DNA of 64,000 nucleotides from Lachnospiraceae bacterium (GTDB lineage Bacteria; Bacillota; Clostridia; Lachnospirales; Lachnospiraceae): NCBI GenBank assembly GCA_021205225.1, contig JAJPXX010000222.1, positions 5,298 to 69,297 of the forward strand, read 5' to 3'. Shown piece by piece: positions 59,014 to 64,000 of this stretch (position 1 is its first letter; each line of letters starts with the position of its first letter). The notes under the pieces were generated by a model. It saw only the letters and a program-made list of their open reading frames with translations, ran no database searches and was not told where the DNA came from. The position numbers and the translations under genes were made by a program.

Positions 59014-60468
59014 ATGACTACAGCAGAGATTTTGAAACGGGCGAAGGCGGCGGCGCCGGAGCTTCAGACGGTGACGACAGAGCAGAAAAATGCGGCTCTG
59101 AAGGAAATGGCGGACGCGCTGCTCTGGCACGCGGATGAGATTTTAAGCGAGAATGAAAAAGACATGGAGCGCGCGAAAGGCACAATTTCTGAGGTGATGC
59201 GCGATCGCCTGCGCCTGACGTCCGGCAGAATTCAGGCGATGGCAGAGGGGATTCTGGACGTGGTTGCCCTGCCGGATCCGGTTGGCCGGGTGCTAAAGCG
59301 GACGGAACGTCAGGGGGGACTTCTGATCGAGAAATGCTCCGTGCCGCTTGGCGTGATTGCGATCATTTACGAGAGCAGACCGAATGTGACCAGCGACGCG
59401 GCTGCCCTGTGCATCAAAAGCGGCAATGCCTGTGTGCTGCGCGGCGGAAAAGAAGCCTTTCTTTCCGCGAACGCGATTACGAACGCGCTGCGGGATGGAC
59501 TGAAAAAAGCTGGTCTTTCGGAGGATCTGGTACAGCTGGTGCAGGATACGACCAGAGCGAGCGCAAACGAACTGATGACTGCCAATGGCTATGTCGATCT
59601 GCTGATTCCCAGAGGCGGCGCGGGGCTGATCCGTGCCTGTGTGGAGAATGCTACGGTCAGCTGCATTGAGACGGGCACTGGCATTTGTCATGTTTACGTC
59701 GACCGTGCGGCGAACCAGGAGATGGCATTGAATATCATAGAGAATGCGAAAACCAGCCGTCCCAGCGTGTGCAACGCGGAGGAGGTCTGTGTCGTTCACC
59801 GGGATATCGCGGAAGCGTTTCTTCCGAAGCTGAAAGAGCGCCTGATTGACGAGCGCCTTCAGAACCTGGAAACGCCAGTGGAGCTTCGTCTGGATGAGAG
59901 AGCGGCGGAGCTTTTGATTGGACAAGAGGAATCTGTCTGGGAGGCTGCAGCGGATGGAAGTGAACTGCTTTCTGCGCAGGATGCAGAACAAAGCGACGGG
60001 ATTGCAGAGGAGACAGAAAAGCAGGACGCCAGTCTGCCGATGGCGAACCCGGAGCATCCGGTGGCGACGCATCTGCAGCGGATCCGGGATGGGATTCAGG
60101 GCGGCGCTGGACAGCTTCTGGTACCGGCCGGGGCGAATGATTTTGATACCGAGTTTCTGGACTATATTTTAGCTGTAAAAGTGGTCGATTCTCTGGATGA
60201 TGCGATTGCGCATATTTCCGCGCATTCAACCGGGCATTCCGATGCGATTATTACTGAAGACCAGGAAGCAGCGGATCGATTCACTCGTTCCATTGATTCC
60301 GCTGCTGTATATGTGAATGCGTCGACCCGGTTCACCGACGGCGGCGAGTTCGGGCTTGGCTGTGAGATGGGTATTTCCACACAGAAGCTCCATGCCAGAG
60401 GACCGATGGGGCTGGAGGAGCTGACTTCTTATAAATATATTATTCATGGGAATGGAAATATCCGCTGA
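59014..60468 (+). CDS. proA: gamma-glutamyl phosphate reductase with internal insertion
   Basis: VPLGVIAIIYESRPNV, LIPRGGAGL, PSVCNAEE, NASTRFTDGGEFGLG.EMGISTQKLHARGPMGL. Confidence 0.97.
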   Translation: MTTAEILKRAKAAAPELQTVTTEQKNAALKEMADALLWHADEILSENEKDMERAKGTISEVMRDRLRLTSGRIQAMAEGILDVVALPDPVGRVLKRTERQGGLLIEKCSVPLGVIAIIYESRPNVTSDAAALCIKSGNACVLRGGKEAFLSANAITNALRDGLKKAGLSEDLVQLVQDTTRASANELMTANGYVDLLIPRGGAGLIRACVENATVSCIETGTGICHVYVDRAANQEMALNIIENAKTSRPSVCNAEEVCVVHRDIAEAFLPKLKERLIDERLQNLETPVELRLDERAAELLIGQEESVWEAAADGSELLSAQDAEQSDGIAEETEKQDASLPMANPEHPVATHLQRIRDGIQGGAGQLLVPAGANDFDTEFLDYILAVKVVDSLDDAIAHISAHSTGHSDAIITEDQEAADRFTRSIDSAAVYVNASTRFTDGGEFGLGCEMGISTQKLHARGPMGLEELTSYKYIIHGNGNIR

Positions 60469-60605
60469 TTTTATGACGAAACTGTGTGTTTATCATTTTG
60501 TATCAGCAGTTGCGCCTGGGACGCCAGGCGGGAGTTGGGAAGCGGCTTCGTAATTGTGCGAAACCAGGTGAAGCATCCGATTGTTTGTAGAGAAAGGATT
60601 TTGCT

Positions 60606-61421
60606 ATGTCTATATGTGAATTGGGGTTTATCGGCTGCGGTAATATGGGCTCCGCGATTGTGCGCGCGGCCGTAAAAAAAGTCGCACCGCCGAAAGTGCT
60701 GCTGGCAAATCGTACCGCGGCAAAAGCAGAAGCTTTAGCGGATGAACTGGGTTGTCAGTCAGGAAGCAATGAGGATGCAGTGAAATTTTGCAAATACATT
60801 TTCCTGGGTGTAAAACCGGGAATGATGGAGGATATGCTGAAGCCTTTGCAGGAAATTTTACGGGAAAGAAGTGCGGATGAATGCACCCCTTTTGTTCTGG
60901 TAACGATGGCTGCCGGGCTTTCAATCGCGGAGATTCAGCGTATGGCGGGCGGCGCATATCCGGTGATCCGCATTATGCCGAACACGCCGGTTTCCATTGG
61001 AAAAGGCATGACGCTGGTCTGTGCGTCGCCGGAGGTGACCGAAGAACAGCTGCGGGAGTTTGAAGCGTTTATGGCCGGGATCGGGCGGCTGGATTATATT
61101 TCTGAGCATCTGATCGATGCGGCGAGCGCATTGTCCGGGTGCGGACCGGCTTATGTGTATCTGTTTATCGAGGCACTTGCAGATGGAGCAGTGGAATGCG
61201 GCCTTCCCAGACAGAAAGCCATGGAGTATGCCTGCCAGACGCTGATCGGGGCGGCATCACTGGTACTGGAGAGCGGCAGTCATCCGGGCGCTTTGAAGGA
61301 TGCGGTATGCTCGCCGGGAGGCACTACAATCGCGGGTGTCCACGCGCTCGAGCGCGGCGGGCTGCGCTGTGCGGCAATGGATGCGGTCAAGGCGGCGTAT
61401 GATAAGACCTGTAAGCTCTGA
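60606..61421 (+). CDS. proC: pyrroline-5-carboxylate reductase
   Basis: GFIGCGNMG, RIMPNTP, SGCGPAYV, VCSPGGTTIAG. Confidence 0.97.
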   Translation: MSICELGFIGCGNMGSAIVRAAVKKVAPPKVLLANRTAAKAEALADELGCQSGSNEDAVKFCKYIFLGVKPGMMEDMLKPLQEILRERSADECTPFVLVTMAAGLSIAEIQRMAGGAYPVIRIMPNTPVSIGKGMTLVCASPEVTEEQLREFEAFMAGIGRLDYISEHLIDAASALSGCGPAYVYLFIEALADGAVECGLPRQKAMEYACQTLIGAASLVLESGSHPGALKDAVCSPGGTTIAGVHALERGGLRCAAMDAVKAAYDKTCKL

Positions 61422-61471
61422 AAGAAGAGAAGGAAGATACTGTGCCGCATAGAAGCGCGTAAGTAATATTA

Positions 61472-61658
61472 TGATACAAGGGACAAAAGGTCAGGAATGG
61501 AACGCTTGCGTTCCGATTCATGACCTTGGGGACCGCAAAAACATGAGGAAGTAGCCATTTTTCGAAGAAAAATGAGCGGATTCCGAATGTTTTTAGGATT
61601 TCGGGAGTGCGAAGCACGGAGAAATCCGTAGTATCATACTCTTTTGTCGCTCGAATCA
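61472..61658. mobile_element. MITE-like non-autonomous element, copy 2 (187 bp)
   Basis: Same terminal repeats as 1936-2133. Flanking direct repeat TATTA at 61467-61471 and 61659-61663. Confidence 0.85.
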
Positions 61659-61728
61659 TATTACAGAATGGGTAAAAGTGTAAGAAGTATAGTGTAATCA
61701 GCAAGGCTGAGAAAAGGGGGAAAACGAA

Positions 61729-62247
61729 ATGCCAGGAAGAGCAGGAAGCGGTTCAGGAAGAACCGGCGGCGGTCATTCGGCATCCGGCGGCGGAAATGGA
61801 GGTTCGACCGGCGGCAGGAGACCGATGGGCGGATCGGGAACTGCCAGAGGAGGCGCAAGCGCTGGCGGCAGCGGTCCAGCCGGCGGCGGAAACAGAGGCG
61901 CAGCTGGCGGCGGGATGAACTTTGCGGGCGGCATGAGCCAGGGGCGTTCTCCGGCAGCCGGAGGGGCAGGGCGCCAGATGACGCATGGCAACAGCCATGG
62001 CATGGCAGGCGGAGCTGGTAATCGTCATGGAATGGCAGGCGGCGCGGGCGGCGCTCCGCGTCCGGCAGGGATGAGAAGACGGCCGCCGCATCCGCCTGTT
62101 TTGCCCTTTGGTATGCGCCGCGTGCCGGGGATGAGCATGATGGGCTACGATGAATCATATCGGGTGCTGATGGCTCTGGAGGCGCTGATGGGCGGACGAT
62201 TCGATCCTGCGCATATCCGTCTGGTCGAGCGGTTTTTCGGCAGATAA
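61729..62247 (+). CDS. Gly/Arg/Met-rich low-complexity hypothetical protein (possibly extending to 62310)
   Basis: RBS-like AAGGGGG before ATG 61729. It fills the gap before pepT on the coding strand. An in-frame tail continues past TAA 62245. Confidence 0.6.
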   Translation: MPGRAGSGSGRTGGGHSASGGGNGGSTGGRRPMGGSGTARGGASAGGSGPAGGGNRGAAGGGMNFAGGMSQGRSPAAGGAGRQMTHGNSHGMAGGAGNRHGMAGGAGGAPRPAGMRRRPPHPPVLPFGMRRVPGMSMMGYDESYRVLMALEALMGGRFDPAHIRLVERFFGR

Positions 62248-62317
62248 TTCGCGCCGCATGAGTACGCGGATCTGTATTACTGGATGCGGGACTATATGAG
62301 GATGTGGTGATAAAAAG

Positions 62318-63580
62318 ATGCGGGCTTATGAACGTTTGCTAAAATACGTAAAAATATACACGACCAGCGATGAGGCAAGCCAGACGGTTCCCTCGACAAA
62401 ACGGCAGCTGAATCTGGCGAATGCGCTGGCCGCGGAGATGAAAGAGCTTGGAATCAGCCAGGTGCGTGTGGATGAAAACGGCTACGTTTACGGGGAAATC
62501 CCTGCGACGGCCGGATATGAAAACGCACCCGTGATTGGTTTTATTGCACATATGGATACGGCACCGGATTTTTGTGGAGAAAATGTTCAGCCGATGGTGA
62601 CTGAACATTACGATGGGAAAGACGTGGTGCTTGGAGAGAGCGGGCGGGTTCTTTCGGTAAAAGATTTTCCGCATTTGCCTGAACTTAGCGGGCGCACACT
62701 GATCACTGCGGATGGCACGACGCTGCTGGGTGCGGACGATAAAGCAGGGATTGCGGAGATCCTGACGATGGCGGAAGAAATCCTGAAGCCAGATCAGAGC
62801 GAAAGTCCGGATGATGTTCCAACCAGTGCTTTTTTACATGGGAAGCTTTGTCTGGGCTTCACACCGGACGAGGAGATTGGGCGCGGCCCGGACGCCTTTG
62901 ACGTGGCAGGGTTCGGTGCAGAGTTTGCTTACACGGTAGATGGCGGAGCGGAAAACGAAGTGGAGTATGAAAACTTCAATGCCGCGGCAGCGGAAGTGGA
63001 AATCCGCGGATTTTCCGTACATCCGGGCAGCAGCAAGAATACGATGATTAACGCGGCATTGGTTGCGATGGAGTTTAACGGGATGCTCCCATCCGGAGAT
63101 ACTCCGCGGGATACGGAAGGGTATGAGGGCTTCTACCATCTGCATGGCATTTCCGGCGGCGTCACGGAGGCAAAGCTGGAGTATATTGTGCGGGACCACA
63201 GCCAGGCAATGTACGAGTGCAGGCTGGAAACCCTGCGGCATATTGAGAAGCTGCTGAATGAAAAATATGGCGAGGGAACGGTGAAGCTGACGATCCGCGA
63301 GCAATACCGGAATATGCGGGAACAGATCGAAGGCTGTATGCATCTGATTGACAATGCGAAAAAGGCGGTGCGTGCAGCCGGGCTGGAGCCGAAGACCGTT
63401 CCGATTCGCGGCGGCACAGATGGGGCGCGCCTTTCCTTCATGGGACTGCCCTGCCCGAATCTTGGCACCGGAGGATATGCGTTCCACGGACCATACGAGC
63501 ATATCACGGCGGAAGGGATGGATTCTGTCGTCTGTGTGCTTAAGGAGATCGTGAGACTTTACGCGGAAGGGGATTTTTAA
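62318..63580 (+). CDS. pepT: peptidase T (tripeptide aminopeptidase)
   Basis: IAHMDT, LLGADDKAG, FTPDEEIG, TVDGG, IRGGTDGARLS, FHGPYE. Confidence 0.97.
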   Translation: MRAYERLLKYVKIYTTSDEASQTVPSTKRQLNLANALAAEMKELGISQVRVDENGYVYGEIPATAGYENAPVIGFIAHMDTAPDFCGENVQPMVTEHYDGKDVVLGESGRVLSVKDFPHLPELSGRTLITADGTTLLGADDKAGIAEILTMAEEILKPDQSESPDDVPTSAFLHGKLCLGFTPDEEIGRGPDAFDVAGFGAEFAYTVDGGAENEVEYENFNAAAAEVEIRGFSVHPGSSKNTMINAALVAMEFNGMLPSGDTPRDTEGYEGFYHLHGISGGVTEAKLEYIVRDHSQAMYECRLETLRHIEKLLNEKYGEGTVKLTIREQYRNMREQIEGCMHLIDNAKKAVRAAGLEPKTVPIRGGTDGARLSFMGLPCPNLGTGGYAFHGPYEHITAEGMDSVVCVLKEIVRLYAEGDF

Positions 63581-63603
63581 AGCTGCTCATTGCAATGCAA
63601 AAT

Positions 63604-63640
63604 GAGCAGGAGGCGATTTGCCGTCTCCTGCTCGTTTTTT
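63604..63640. terminator. intrinsic terminator between pepT and the convergent gene
   Basis: GAGCAGGAG/CTCCTGCTC stem followed by TTTTTT. Confidence 0.75.
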
Positions 63641-63657
63641 GGGCTTGCAACTGAAAA

Positions 63658-64000
63658 CTAAGCCTGCCGCATTGGTTTAATCATCCTTTTGTTGATCCGG
63701 TTCAGGAATAACAGGCCGCAGGAAATGGATACGATTTCGGCGATCGGCCAGGCAAGCCATACCTTTGATACGTCGCCTGTCTGTGCGAACAGATATGCCA
63801 GCGGGATCAGGCAGACGAGCTGCCGCATAATCGAGATCAGCATACTGTAGATACTGCAGCCCATCGCCTGGAAGAACGAGGAACAGATGACGCTCACTCC
63901 GGCAAACAGGAAGCTGATGCTGATCGTGCGCAGCGCCGGAATTCCAATCGAGAGCATTTCCTCGGAGGCGCTGAAAAGCTGAAGGAGCGCTCCCGGTATG
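63658..64000 (-). CDS. MATE family efflux transporter, C-terminal part (runs off the window)
   Basis: ALRTISISFLFAG...SSFFQAMG...RQLV.LIPLAYL...VWLAWPIAE. Confidence 0.85.
   Translation of the reverse strand, partial: IPGALLQLFSASEEMLSIGIPALRTISISFLFAGVSVICSSFFQAMGCSIYSMLISIMRQLVCLIPLAYLFAQTGDVSKVWLAWPIAEIVSISCGLLFLNRINKRMIKPMRQA

Noticed and set aside
1..64000. tRNA, rRNA, CRISPR arrays, T-boxes, transposases or integrases
   Set aside because: None recognised by eye. tRNAscan-SE, Infernal and ISEScan runs would be needed to exclude them formally.

Overview
A 64-kb chromosomal segment of roughly 50% GC from a Clostridia-class bacterium. Gene content and order look Lachnospiraceae-like, which is an inference. 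The core genes are apt-rel-MBL hydrolase-hemZ-hisS, glyA, rpsB-tsf, purC, proB-proA-proC, pepT, tcdA and nudC. Accessory loci lie between them: (i) a MacAB-like ABC exporter with two membrane-fusion proteins, one of them a 969-aa acidic giant; (ii) a stand-alone acyl-CoA-ligase/thiolation/condensation (NRPS-like) gene flanked by AT-rich Uma2 and RelB-YoeB genes; (iii) an operon joining a D-amino-acid aminotransferase, PxpABC 5-oxoprolinase and both D-glutamate-cyclase-associated domains (DUF1445, DUF4392), divergent from a LIV-type ABC importer, with terminator-containing leaders on both transcripts; (iv) an orphan microcompartment satellite (two EutS/PduU genes plus EutP/PduV) beside a truncated TatA-TatC fusion and a degenerate S41 protease; (v) a NiCo riboswitch ahead of a CDF transporter; (vi) a frameshifted RecA/KaiC-like plus PEP-synthase-like gene. 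Non-coding DNA holds at least five different 160-215 bp palindromic elements. One occurs twice, each copy with its own 5-bp target-site duplication and with compensatory base changes between copies. Exported proteins are very acidic and Lys/Arg-poor. I found no tRNA, rRNA, CRISPR array, transposase or integrase. No database searches were run: all family assignments come from motif recognition.
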